Shown piece by piece: positions 1-9,871 of a DNA stretch of 43,432 nucleotides; positions within the stretch are counted from its first letter, which is position 1, and each line of letters opens with the position of its first letter. The notes beneath the pieces are model-generated. The model was not told the DNA's origin. It did not search any database and was given only the letters and a program-made list of their open reading frames with translations. The position numbers and the translations under genes are program-made. This DNA is from Rhizobium sp. Q54 (lineage in GTDB: Bacteria > Pseudomonadota > Alphaproteobacteria > Rhizobiales > Beijerinckiaceae). Location: assembly GCA_945903655.1 (NCBI GenBank), contig CAMDOY010000001.1, forward strand, positions 1 through 43,432, written 5' to 3'.

Positions 1-477
1 CCCGGCCTCGCTCATTTTCATGGACCGTGCCTTCTTGGCGGCTTGGATGTCAGCCAGTTGCTTTTTGAGAACGATAATCTCCCGTTCTGCAATCTCAAGC
101 TTATGCATGGCTGCTATGTAGTGTCGTTTAAGTTCCTCGCAATCGGCAGGGATGAGGAAACCCGAAACATCTGATCCGACCTGAGCCGTAGCAGACGTGC
201 CTTTGACGAGTATTGAAATAGACATTGGGAGGCCTGGTACGCTTCGCAGTGCCTCCCACCCCTTTTGTTCTACGGCCCAACCAAAGAAGACATCCGCACT
301 GATTGATTGGCCCTGGGGTAGCTCGCCCTTGCGTTGTGCTTCAGTAATCCTGCTATGGATGCGTTGATAAGCTGTCCGGCGCCCGCGGCCGGGGAAAAGC
401 TCTTCCGCAACAAAATTGGCAGCTGCGGGTTTCGTTATGGTCGGTTGACCAATCTGGTAGACATCACGTCCTGCCAC
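1..477 (-). CDS. Hypothetical protein, 3' end truncated by the window edge; C-terminal coiled-coil-like segment
   Basis: Manual translation gives 159 open codons from GTG at 477 (GGAG 7 nt upstream) to base 1: MAGRDVYQIGQPTITKPAAANFVAEELFPG...LKRHYIAAMHKLEIAEREIIVLKKQLADIQAAKKARSMKMSEAG. It is absent from the ORF track because there is no stop codon in the window. Confidence 0.65.
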   Translation of the reverse strand, partial: MAGRDVYQIGQPTITKPAAANFVAEELFPGRGRRTAYQRIHSRITEAQRKGELPQGQSISADVFFGWAVEQKGWEALRSVPGLPMSISILVKGTSATAQVGSDVSGFLIPADCEELKRHYIAAMHKLEIAEREIIVLKKQLADIQAAKKARSMKMSEAG

Positions 478-562
478 ACCATGTCTCCGTATTCCCTAGC
501 TTGCCATCAAGGGCAGCGCAGTTTGTGGGTTATTTTGTAGGTCAATCCATAATGCGCTTGTC

Positions 563-575
563 TAAAATATTGATT
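563..575 (-). promoter_or_regulatory. IHF binding site next to the putative att site
   Basis: Minus strand AATCAATATTTTA matches WATCAA-N4-TTR exactly. It overlaps a 7-4-7 inverted repeat, GATTTTA-tagg-TAAAATC (572-589). Confidence 0.5.
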
Positions 576-598
576 TTATAGGTAAAATCTAAATTAGC

Positions 599-688
599 TG
601 GCGGAAGAGGTGGGATTCGAACCCACGGTGGGCTTTCACCCACGGCGGTTTTCAAGACCGCTGCCTTAAACCACTCGGCCACCCTTCC
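599..688 (-). tRNA. tRNA-Ser (anticodon UGA), 90 nt, long variable arm, encoded CCA
   Basis: Reverse complement is GGAAGGGTGGCCGAGTGGTTTAAGGCAGCGGTCTTGAAAACCGCCGTGGGTGAAAGCCCACCGTGGGTTCGAATCCCACCTCTTCCGCCA. Anticodon stem-loop GCGGT-CTTGAAA-ACCGC; T-loop GTTCGAATC. Confidence 0.97.
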
Positions 689-697
689 AATGCTCTG

Positions 698-727
698 CTT
701 CTAAGGCCGGGGCGTGGGGCGCGTCAA
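698..727 (-). promoter_or_regulatory. Sigma70-type promoter of tRNA-Ser
   Basis: TTGACG (727-722), 18-nt spacer, TAGAAG (703-698), ending about 10 nt upstream of the tRNA 5' end. Confidence 0.5.
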
Positions 728-760
728 CTGCGGGGGGAGTGTGGCGGGCGCCGAGGCCTC

Positions 761-815
761 AAAAGAAAACGCTGCCCCCATGGCGCGATTCGCATCGCGA
801 CACGGCGGGGAGCGT
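761..815 (-). terminator. Intrinsic terminator after typA
   Basis: Long imperfect GC stem followed by GTTTTCTTTT on the minus strand, just downstream of the typA stop. Confidence 0.6.
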
Positions 816-826
816 CCAATCGTTGC

Positions 827-2647
827 TTACACCACTTCCTTCGCGCGCTCGGCGCGCTTGCGGTCGTTGGGGTCGAGGTGGGTCTTGCGCAGGCGGATGG
901 ACTTCGGGGTCACTTCCACGCGCTCGTCGTCCTCGATATAGGCCAGCGCCTGCTCGAGCGACATGCGGATCGGCGGGGTGAGGCGGACCGCCTCATCCTT
1001 GCTCTGGGTGCGGATGTTGGTCAGCTGCTTGCCCTTGAGCACGTTGATCTCGAGGTCGTTGTCGCGGGTATGCTCGCCCACGATCATGCCGCGATAGACC
1101 TTCCAGCCCGGCTCGATCATCATCGGGCCGCGATCTTCCAGCTTCCACATGGCGTAGGCCACGGCCTCGCCCTGGTCGTTGGAGATCAGCACGCCATTGC
1201 GGCGGCCCTGGATCTCGCCGCGATGGGGGGCGTACTCGTGGAACAGGCGGTTCATGATCGCCGTGCCCTTGGTGTCGGTCATCAACTCGCCCTGGTAGCC
1301 GATGAGGCCACGGGTGGGGCTGCGGAAGACCAGACGCAGGCGGTTGCCGCCCGACGGACGCATTTCCAGCATTTCGGCCTTGCGCTCGGCCATCTTCTGC
1401 ACGACGACGCCCGAGTGTTCCTCGTCCACGTCGATCACGACCTCTTCGATGGGCTCCATCAGGTTGCCCTCTTCGTCGCGCTGGTAGACGACGCGCGGAC
1501 GGGAGATCGAAAGCTCGAAGCCCTCGCGCCGCATGGTCTCGATGAGGATGCCCAGCTGCAATTCGCCGCGACCCGACACGATGAAAGCTTCGCCGGTGGG
1601 CGAGTCTTCCACGCGCAGGGCCACATTGCCCTCGGCCTCCTTGTAGAGGCGGGCGCGGATCATGCGGTTCGTCACCTTGTCGCCCTCGGTGCCCGCCAGC
1701 GGGCTATCATTGACCATGAAGGTCATGGAGAGGGTCGGGGGATCGATGGGCTGGGCCTGCAGGGGCACGGTCACGTCCAGCGCGCAGAGCGTGTCGGCCA
1801 CGTTGAACTTCACCAGACCCGCGATGGCCACGATGTCGCCGGCTTCCGCCTCGTCGATCGGCTGGCGCTCGACGCCGCGGAAGGCCAGGATCTTGGACAC
1901 GCGGCCCTGTTCGACCACCTTGCCCGTGCGGTCCAGCACCTTCACGGGCTGATTCGGCTTGACGGAGCCCGCGAAGACGCGGCCCGTGACCATGCGGCCG
2001 AGATAGGGATTGGCTTCGAGCAGGGTGCCGAGCAGGCGGAAGGAGCCTTCCTCAATTTTTGGCTCGGGCACATAGCGCAGCACGAGGTCGAAGAGCGCGG
2101 CCATGCCCTGATCCTGCGGACCTTCCGGCGCATCGGCGACCCAGCCGTGCTTGGCGGAGCCGTAGATGATGGGGAAGTCGAGCTGCTCGTCGGTGGCGTC
2201 GAGGGCGGCGAAGAGGTCGAACACCTCGTTGACCACTTCGGTCACGCGGGCGTCGGGGCGGTCCACCTTGTTGATGCAGACGATGGGCTTGAGGCCGATC
2301 TTGAGGGCCTTGCCGACCACGAACTTGGTCTGGGGCATGGGGCCTTCGGCCGCGTCCACCAGCACGATGGCGCTATCCACCATGGACAGGATGCGCTCCA
2401 CCTCGCCGCCGAAGTCGGCATGGCCAGGGGTGTCGACGATGTTGATGCGCACATCCTTCCACACGACCGAGGTCGCCTTGGCCAGAATGGTGATGCCGCG
2501 CTCCTTTTCCAGATCGTTGGAGTCCATGACGCGCTCGATGACGCGCTGGTTGTCGCGGAAAGCGCCGGACTGCTGGAGGAGACGGTCGACAAGAGTGGTC
2601 TTGCCGTGATCGACGTGCGCGATGATCGCGATATTGCGGAGCTTCAT
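827..2647 (-). CDS. typA: Translational GTPase TypA/BipA
   Basis: [49 protein letters not shown]-terminal [11 protein letters not shown]. Start placed at ATG 2647. Confidence 0.97.
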   Translation of the reverse strand: MKLRNIAIIAHVDHGKTTLVDRLLQQSGAFRDNQRVIERVMDSNDLEKERGITILAKATSVVWKDVRINIVDTPGHADFGGEVERILSMVDSAIVLVDAAEGPMPQTKFVVGKALKIGLKPIVCINKVDRPDARVTEVVNEVFDLFAALDATDEQLDFPIIYGSAKHGWVADAPEGPQDQGMAALFDLVLRYVPEPKIEEGSFRLLGTLLEANPYLGRMVTGRVFAGSVKPNQPVKVLDRTGKVVEQGRVSKILAFRGVERQPIDEAEAGDIVAIAGLVKFNVADTLCALDVTVPLQAQPIDPPTLSMTFMVNDSPLAGTEGDKVTNRMIRARLYKEAEGNVALRVEDSPTGEAFIVSGRGELQLGILIETMRREGFELSISRPRVVYQRDEEGNLMEPIEEVVIDVDEEHSGVVVQKMAERKAEMLEMRPSGGNRLRLVFRSPTRGLIGYQGELMTDTKGTAIMNRLFHEYAPHRGEIQGRRNGVLISNDQGEAVAYAMWKLEDRGPMMIEPGWKVYRGMIVGEHTRDNDLEINVLKGKQLTNIRTQSKDEAVRLTPPIRMSLEQALAYIEDDERVEVTPKSIRLRKTHLDPNDRKRAERAKEVV

Positions 2648-2739
2648 CTGGGTCTCTTGGGTGAGGCGGCCCGTCACCTGACGAGCGGCAAAGCGTAGTC
2701 CTGCCCCGCCCTCATGACGGATGCGCGACAGACGCGGTG

Positions 2740-2770
2740 AAAAGGAAAACGCCGGGACTTTCCCCGGATT
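2740..2770 (-). terminator. Terminator-like hairpin between the TAXI gene and typA
   Basis: Minus strand CCGGGG-AAAG-TCCCGG followed by CGTTTTCCTTTT. Confidence 0.45.
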
Positions 2771-2839
2771 GCTGCGGTGCCATACAGCATAAAAGGAGAT
2801 TTGGGAATGGGGGGCGTGAAACGCAATGGCGGATAGGGC

Positions 2840-4162
2840 TTAACCCGCCAGAATCCTCGGCGTTTCAAACTTCGCAGCCATGCCCCCCGCTTCGATCTGC
2901 CGTCGCCGGTCGCGGATGGCGAGGCGCACCTGGTCGATGGCGAGGCCCAGCGCGGTGACCCGGTGGGTGTCGAGGTGACGCAGGGAGCCCGCCTCCAGCG
3001 CCTGCCCCAGAACCGTGTCGGCCTCACGCTCCAGTTCGTCGAGGCGGGCTGAGGAGGCGGCCTCCCGGGCGGTGGCCAGATGCTGCAGCAGGAGCTGCAT
3101 CAGCTCTTCGGAGCGGGCATGGTTGGCGGCGGTCATGCGGCTCGCCAGCGCGGCGGCGGCGGAGGCCAGAACGGACAGCAGCATCGCGCCTATGTAAATC
3201 AAATCGCTGTATTTATCAAGAAAGCTCTCCTCATCCCCATCCAGATAGGCGGCGGCGCCGGGATGGACGGGGAAGGCGGCGCTTTTCTCGGTCGAGGGCT
3301 CCTCCATGCGGTTGGCGAGCGGCGAGGCGGCGGCGATCAGGGGGCGCCGCGCGAAGAGCACCCGCACCATTTCGCCCACGGTTCCATCGGGGGCCTTGGT
3401 GCGCGCCACCAGCCTTGTGCTGACGCCGATGGTCTTGAGATCGGCGGCGGGACGGGGCGGATCGCCCCCGAAGGAGCCGAGCGGCACATCGGCGGGCTCG
3501 AAGGCGGGGAACCGCTGGGACAGGGCCTTGGCCTCCAGAATCGGCAGGAAGACCGGCGGCCCCTGGCCTGCGGCGGCCACATGCCCGACGATGTCGCCAA
3601 ATTCATTGGCCGTGGGATCGCCGACCGCCAGCAAGGCGTCGATGCGGCGCTCCGCCAGCGCCTGGGGCACCTCATCCGCCAGAAGCGCGACCTTGTGGGT
3701 CCCTGTCCGCGCGTCATACTGGGTGAGCACTGCGTCGAGCACCCGACCATTGGCCTCCCCGCCCGGGCGCGCCACGAGAACGCCGACGCTACGGCCCTTG
3801 AGATCGGGGATCCGTGCGATTCCCGACCCACCCGGCGCCATGATGATCACAGCGCTGCGATGCAGGATCAGCGCCGTCTCGCCCTGCTGGGGCATGGCGA
3901 TGTCGGTGCGCACCACCGCGAAATCCGCCGTCCCGTCGTCGATGGCGGCGGCGCTGGCGATGATGGTGTCGGCGGCGATGATGCGCAGGCGCAGCGGTTC
4001 ATGCTCGCGGGCCATGATCGAGGCCGCCGCCGCCATGAGGTGATGATCGGGACTGTCGCGTGTCACGGCCACGCGCGCCTGCGTCGGGCGCGACACATAC
4101 CAGAGGGACAGGGCGATCAGCGCCAGCCCCGCCGCAATCGCCGCGAAGAGATAACGGCCCAT
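2840..4162 (-). CDS. TAXI-family (TRAP-associated) solute-binding-like protein with N- and C-terminal TM helices and a C-terminal helical tail
   Basis: ADFAVVRTD, DLKGRSVGV, IPxGSFGG-like PLGSFGGDPPRP, PVHPGAAAY, then a TM segment (LIYIGAMLLSVLASAAAALA) and about 100 aa of helical tail. Confidence 0.8.
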   Translation of the reverse strand: MGRYLFAAIAAGLALIALSLWYVSRPTQARVAVTRDSPDHHLMAAAASIMAREHEPLRLRIIAADTIIASAAAIDDGTADFAVVRTDIAMPQQGETALILHRSAVIIMAPGGSGIARIPDLKGRSVGVLVARPGGEANGRVLDAVLTQYDARTGTHKVALLADEVPQALAERRIDALLAVGDPTANEFGDIVGHVAAAGQGPPVFLPILEAKALSQRFPAFEPADVPLGSFGGDPPRPAADLKTIGVSTRLVARTKAPDGTVGEMVRVLFARRPLIAAASPLANRMEEPSTEKSAAFPVHPGAAAYLDGDEESFLDKYSDLIYIGAMLLSVLASAAAALASRMTAANHARSEELMQLLLQHLATAREAASSARLDELEREADTVLGQALEAGSLRHLDTHRVTALGLAIDQVRLAIRDRRRQIEAGGMAAKFETPRILAG

Positions 4163-4243
4163 TCCGCCCCCGGCCAAGGCGCCCCGCCCATCGGGGTCAC
4201 GCCATGGAAGATTCCGGGGGGCGGCTGTCGGTTCCCTTGGGCT

Positions 4244-5476
<1,233 letters not shown>

Positions 5477-5526
5477 GGATCGGAACTCGTCAGTGCGGGC
5501 CGGAGGCGGCCACGGTCGGGCCGGGA

Positions 5527-6246
5527 CTATAGATACGGATCGTCGCCGCGCAAGCCTTGCTTGTCGGGCTTGATCAGGATCTTGCGCAGCAAGGCGACGA
5601 TAATGAGGGTGAAAAGCCCCGCAAAGAGCACATCCGAGGGAAAATGCCCCCCGAAAGCGACCCGCATCACGCCGGTCAGCCCCCCCACGCCCAGCGCCAG
5701 GGCCACGGCGGGCAGACGCAGGGGGCCCGGGGCGAGGCTGGCGGGGGCGACGAGCCAGAAGGCGCCGGAGGTTTCCCCCGAGACGAAGGAGCAGTTCTTC
5801 ACGCAGGCGCCATCGGTCTTGTACCAAGGGCGGAATTCAAGCGGGCCGCCGAATTCCTGCACCTGCAGGGGGCGAGGCCGATCCCAGTGCTCCTTCAGGA
5901 TCGCATTGACGAGCAGCCCGGGCCCCAGAGCAAGGCCGAGCGCCAGAAACAGCACGCTGCGTCCGCGCGGCTGCAAGGCCTCTGGCCAAGGCAGATCGAA
6001 CCATCCGGCCACCCAGCCCAGGATCCAGGCCAGAAGGAAGAGGCCCATCACGACGACGGGGAGGAAGTAGAGGATGCCGCGCAAACCCCTCAAGCCATGC
6101 CCATTCCCGGCAAAACCGGTCGGCCCATGAAAAAACGCGGAGCCCATGAGGTCCAGCTCCGGCCACAGGGCGAACAGGACGCCCGTCAGCACAGTCAGAG
6201 CAAGCAGAGTGATCAGGGATCGACGCAAGGGATACCTCCAGCCCAA
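5527..6246 (-). CDS. PAP2-family membrane phosphatase (lipid A 4'-phosphatase LpxF-like)
   Basis: [16 protein letters not shown] and [12 protein letters not shown] motifs with multiple TM helices. Start codon uncertain. Confidence 0.8.
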   Translation of the reverse strand: MGWRYPLRRSLITLLALTVLTGVLFALWPELDLMGSAFFHGPTGFAGNGHGLRGLRGILYFLPVVVMGLFLLAWILGWVAGWFDLPWPEALQPRGRSVLFLALGLALGPGLLVNAILKEHWDRPRPLQVQEFGGPLEFRPWYKTDGACVKNCSFVSGETSGAFWLVAPASLAPGPLRLPAVALALGVGGLTGVMRVAFGGHFPSDVLFAGLFTLIIVALLRKILIKPDKQGLRGDDPYL

Positions 6247-6342
6247 CCCTTAGCTGAGAGCCGCGCGGGGCGAAAGCGCGAGCAGGGCTTGGGGCGCGCG
6301 CCGCGCCTCGTCACGGGCCGCCAGCGCTGGTAAGATAGCGCC

Positions 6343-7134
6343 ATGACGACAGCCCCCACCCTCTCCTCCGACGAGATCGAACGCTACGCCCGCCACATCG
6401 TCCTGCATGGCGTGGGCGGGCCCGGCCAACAGAAACTCAAGGCCGCCCGGGTGCTGGTGATCGGCGCGGGCGGGCTCGGCTCGCCGCTGATCCAGTATCT
6501 GGCGGCGGCAGGGGTCGGCGAGATCGGCGTGGTGGATGACGACACGGTTTCGCTGTCCAACCTGCAACGGCAGGTGCTGCACAGCACAGCCGACATCGGC
6601 CGCCTGAAGGTGGAGAGCGCGCGGGACGCCGTCGCGCGCCTCAACCCCCATGTGACCCTGACCATGCACCCCCTGCGGATCGAGCCCGCCAACGCCCGCG
6701 ACCTGGTGCGCGCCTATGACCTCATCGCCGACGGCTCCGACAATTTCGCCACGCGCTACGCGGTCTCGGACGCCTGCTTTTACGAATCCCGCCCGCTGGT
6801 GACCGCCGCCGTGGGCGCCTATGACGCTTCCCTCACCACCCTGCGCCCCTATGAGCGCGATGCGCAGGGCCGCCCCAACCCCACCTACCGCTGCCTCTTC
6901 CCCGAAGCCCCGCCCGCAGGCGCCGTCCCCGCCTGCGCGGAGGCTGGCGTGCTGGGCGCCCTGACCGGCGTCGTCGGCTCCATGATGGCGCTGGAGGTGC
7001 TGCGCGAACTCACGGGCTTTGGCGAGACGCTGGTGGGCCGCCTGCTGCTGGTGGACACCCGCGCCATGCGCTTCGAGACGATGACTTATGGGTGGGATCC
7101 GGGGAATGTGCTGAATGGGGAGGGGAGTGATTGA
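6343..7134 (+). CDS. moeB: Molybdopterin-synthase adenylyltransferase MoeB (ThiF/HesA family)
   Basis: ERYARHIVL, VLVIGAGGLGSP, SNLQRQ, DGSDNF, CAEAGVLG. Confidence 0.88.
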   Translation: MTTAPTLSSDEIERYARHIVLHGVGGPGQQKLKAARVLVIGAGGLGSPLIQYLAAAGVGEIGVVDDDTVSLSNLQRQVLHSTADIGRLKVESARDAVARLNPHVTLTMHPLRIEPANARDLVRAYDLIADGSDNFATRYAVSDACFYESRPLVTAAVGAYDASLTTLRPYERDAQGRPNPTYRCLFPEAPPAGAVPACAEAGVLGALTGVVGSMMALEVLRELTGFGETLVGRLLLVDTRAMRFETMTYGWDPGNVLNGEGSD

Positions 7135-7249
7135 AAAGACTTAATCTTTGCAATTGATTTTTCGATTTCCTCGCGTATTTTCCGGAAAACATTGCAGAAG
7201 CGCTGCTCATTCGTGAAGCGGAAGCTTCGGTTCGCATGCGGGAACCGAA

Positions 7250-7732
7250 ATGGATATTCGCAAACTGATCCGCTCAGGAAAGACCATCAGGCACGCCGGG
7301 CAATGGGCTGTTGGAACCATGCCGCGAACCGCCTTCCCCCTGTCAAAATCAGGTGGCAAAGCCTATCGGCTGGGCAACAGGCATTGGCGTGTGGTCACGT
7401 TCGACGCCTGCGGTCTCAGTTGCCGCCTCTTGATCAATTCCCATCCCACCCTTTTTCAGTATCAGGCGATGCTGGGCGTGGAGTCTGGTGGAGACACGAA
7501 AGTGATTGTAAGCTTGGAATACCATCCAACGCACAAGCCATGGCATGCGCATGTCTGTTGCGATGACATCGCGTCTGTTCCTGCGGGGATCAAGCGCGGA
7601 CCCTGGTTCAAGGACCTGCATGCGGTCGGGACCAGACACCAACTGCCCTGTCCCAGCTCGGACGAGGCGGCGGTCCAACGTGCGGCGTCCTTCTTTCGAC
7701 TGGACCTGCATGAGGAAAGGGGGCTGGCATGA
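7250..7732 (+). CDS. Hypothetical protein with a His-cluster motif (LEYHPTHKPWHAH)
   Basis: 160-aa ORF with host-atypical codon usage, overlapping the next gene by ATGA. Confidence 0.7.
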   Translation: MDIRKLIRSGKTIRHAGQWAVGTMPRTAFPLSKSGGKAYRLGNRHWRVVTFDACGLSCRLLINSHPTLFQYQAMLGVESGGDTKVIVSLEYHPTHKPWHAHVCCDDIASVPAGIKRGPWFKDLHAVGTRHQLPCPSSDEAAVQRAASFFRLDLHEERGLA

Positions 7733-8169
7733 AAGAGGAACTTTGCAAGGCCTTTTGTCAGGATCTCGAAGTCGTCAAGGTGCCCGCAGGCCTGGCCGTT
7801 GGCACGGGCTTTCAAAAGAGCGACGGCGATCACATCGGATTTTACATCGTCGGCCCTGACGCGGCGGGCCATTATCGCGTGCAGGATGATGGGGCGACGG
7901 TCCCCTGGCTTGAAGCCTGCGGGGTGGATCTTGATCTGGAAAGTGGCGCTCCAGAGCTCCGCCAGATGCCGGCGGAATATGGCGTGTCCTTAGACGCAGA
8001 GACCTTCGAGATCACCAGCGAACCCATGGCCAGAAGCGCCGTCCCGAAAGCGGGCTTGCGCCTTGTCGCGGCTCTGTTGCGCTTGCAAGATTCCGATTTG
8101 ATGACCCATGAGCCCGCAGGTTCAAAATCGGGCGCGGAGTCGAAACGGGGGCTTCAGAAGGCAGGATAG
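7729..8169 (+). CDS. DUF1828-like domain protein, probably C-terminally truncated
   Basis: GxAVxTxF..DGDxIGFY....G.YRVQDDG.T...L...GVD pattern resembles DUF1828 as recalled. Only 146 aa. Confidence 0.6.
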   Translation: MKEELCKAFCQDLEVVKVPAGLAVGTGFQKSDGDHIGFYIVGPDAAGHYRVQDDGATVPWLEACGVDLDLESGAPELRQMPAEYGVSLDAETFEITSEPMARSAVPKAGLRLVAALLRLQDSDLMTHEPAGSKSGAESKRGLQKAG

Positions 8170-8249
8170 GGCGGCGTCCACTGCCCGGTTGCCGCTCCCC
8201 TCCCGCTGGTCTATCAATTATCGCCCAACGTTAACCCCCGGGAGGGAAC

Positions 8250-8768
8250 ATGTCGCTTCATTCAGTCTCGATCCCCGTCTTCGTGCAGATCCTCAACAGT
8301 TCGCAACAGATTCTTGACAAGGCCATCGCCCATTGCGCCGCCAAGAAGATCGATCAGGCGGCCCTGCTCAATGATCGCGTGTTCCCCGACATGTTCCCGC
8401 TGGTGCGCCAGTTCCAGTATATCGCCGACCATTCCTCGGGCGCCTGCCTGCGTCTGGCTGGCAAGGACGCGCCGGTTCCGCCACGCGAGGAGACCACCTT
8501 CGAAGCCTTGAAGGAGCGTCTCGCCAAGGCTCTGGCCATCGTCGAGTCGGTTTCGGCCGCCGATGTGGACGCCCATGCCAGCCAGGACATCACCTTCCCC
8601 ATGGGGCCCCGTCAGGTCACCATGCGCGGTCACGAATATCTCTTGCATTTCGTGATGCCGAACTTCTATTTCCACGCCACCACCGCTTACAACATCCTGC
8701 GCCATCGCGGCGTGGAGGTCGGCAAGCGTGACTTCCTCGGCGTGATGCCCGGCTTCCCCAAAGCCTGA
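8250..8768 (+). CDS. DUF1993 family protein (DinB/YfiT-like fold)
   Basis: RVFPDMFPLVRQ, PNFYFHATTAYNILRHRGVEVGKRDFLG. SD GGGAGG. Confidence 0.9.
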   Translation: MSLHSVSIPVFVQILNSSQQILDKAIAHCAAKKIDQAALLNDRVFPDMFPLVRQFQYIADHSSGACLRLAGKDAPVPPREETTFEALKERLAKALAIVESVSAADVDAHASQDITFPMGPRQVTMRGHEYLLHFVMPNFYFHATTAYNILRHRGVEVGKRDFLGVMPGFPKA

Positions 8769-8798
8769 CGTCAGCCCCAAGAGAGAAAGAGACATCCC

Positions 8799-9149
8799 AT
8801 GAGCATTCGTCGCATCGGCGCAGGCGCCCGCATGAGCAAGGCCGTCGTCCATGGAAGCACCGTCTATCTGGCGGGCCAGGTCGCGGACAAATCCAAGGGC
8901 GCGAGCGTCGCCGAGCAGACCCAGGAAATCGTCGGCATCATCGACGATCTCTTGAAGGAGGCTGGCTCCGACAAGACGAAGATCCTCTCCGCGGCGATCT
9001 ATCTCTCGGACATCTCGACCTTCGCCCAGATGAATTCCGTCTGGGACACCTGGGTGGTCGCAGACCACACCCCCGCCCGCGCCACGGTCGAGGCCAAGCT
9101 AGCGGCGCCGGAATACACCGTCGAGATCGCGGTCATCGCCGCGATCTGA
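8799..9149 (+). CDS. RidA/YjgF family protein (YoaB-like)
   Basis: RMSKAVVH, VYLAGQVA, MNSVWDTW, PARATVEAKLA, VEIAVIAA. Confidence 0.92.
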   Translation: MSIRRIGAGARMSKAVVHGSTVYLAGQVADKSKGASVAEQTQEIVGIIDDLLKEAGSDKTKILSAAIYLSDISTFAQMNSVWDTWVVADHTPARATVEAKLAAPEYTVEIAVIAAI

Positions 9150-9168
9150 TCTGTTAGCCGAAACCTTG

Positions 9169-9203
9169 AAGGGCCAGCCGCAAACCGCGCGCTGGCCCTT
9201 TTT
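9169..9203 (+). terminator. Intrinsic terminator between convergent genes, possibly bidirectional
   Basis: AAGGGCCAGC...GCTGGCCCTT stem followed by TTT. Confidence 0.75.
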
Positions 9204-9206
9204 GCG

Positions 9207-9731
9207 TCAGCCCTCGATAATTCCCTGCACCTGACCCATGAAGTCGCGCTTGGCCAGCGGCACGCCGCTGTGGCGCAGGAGGTCATAGGCTGTGGTGGCG
9301 TGGAAGAAGAGGTGCGGCAGCCCATAATGCAGCACGAAATCGCGCCCCGTCATGCGGCGCGTCCCAGCCCCGGCGGGAAAGGTCAGGACCTTATCGGCGG
9401 CGGCGTCGATCACGGCCCGGTCGATGGACTGGGCATAGGCGAGCGCCTTGGCCAGACGCGCCTTCAGGTCCTCCAGGCTCTTTTCGTCGTCGGCGGGCTT
9501 GTCGGCGCTCACGCCCGCCAGCATGGCCGGGATGCTTTCGGCCCAGCGGGCCACCATGCGCACCTGCTTGTCGAAGGGATACATGTCCGGGAAAAACCGG
9601 GCGGTCAGATAGGCCTGCTGGTCGTATTTGGCGGCGGCGCCATGGGCGATGGCCTTGTCGATAGTGGCCGTGAGGCCCGAAATGGTCTGCACGATGACGT
9701 CCATCGACGCCTGCGAGAGTGAAATGGACAT
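9207..9731 (-). CDS. DUF1993 family protein (second, divergent paralog)
   Basis: RFFPDMYPFDKQ, PHLFFHATTAYDLLRHSGVPLAKRDFMG. ATG 9731 with SD GGGAGG. Confidence 0.88.
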   Translation of the reverse strand: MSISLSQASMDVIVQTISGLTATIDKAIAHGAAAKYDQQAYLTARFFPDMYPFDKQVRMVARWAESIPAMLAGVSADKPADDEKSLEDLKARLAKALAYAQSIDRAVIDAAADKVLTFPAGAGTRRMTGRDFVLHYGLPHLFFHATTAYDLLRHSGVPLAKRDFMGQVQGIIEG

Positions 9732-9871
9732 GCTGATCCTCCCGCCCTTCAAGGGCTTTTGCTGCAACTGCGTCTGCACAATCCCATGTTCGCCGCGCTT
9801 GCGGAAGCGGCTTTATCGACCTAGAGGTGGTTCAGGCGGGCGCGGCCCGCAGGTTCAAAACGGGAGGCGAC

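Larger units (their letters stand above)
1..598. mobile_element. Probable end of a genomic island/prophage integrated at the tRNA-Ser 3' end
   Basis: GC drops visibly immediately past the tRNA CCA end. IHF consensus match at 563-575. Direct repeats TTTGTGGGT (522-530) and TTTGTAGGT (534-542). No integrase inside the window. Confidence 0.6.

Noticed and set aside
334-540. 68-aa + strand ORF near the left edge
   Set aside because: Antisense to the longer SD-bearing minus-strand ORF and overlaps the att-like repeats.
6343-7732. moeB plus the downstream His-rich ORF as an E1/JAB ubiquitin-like defence module
   Set aside because: MoeB has host codon usage and looks like the housekeeping type. 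The His-rich ORF lacks JAB spacing (HxH-x7-S-x2-D). No E2 or ubiquitin-like gene is present.
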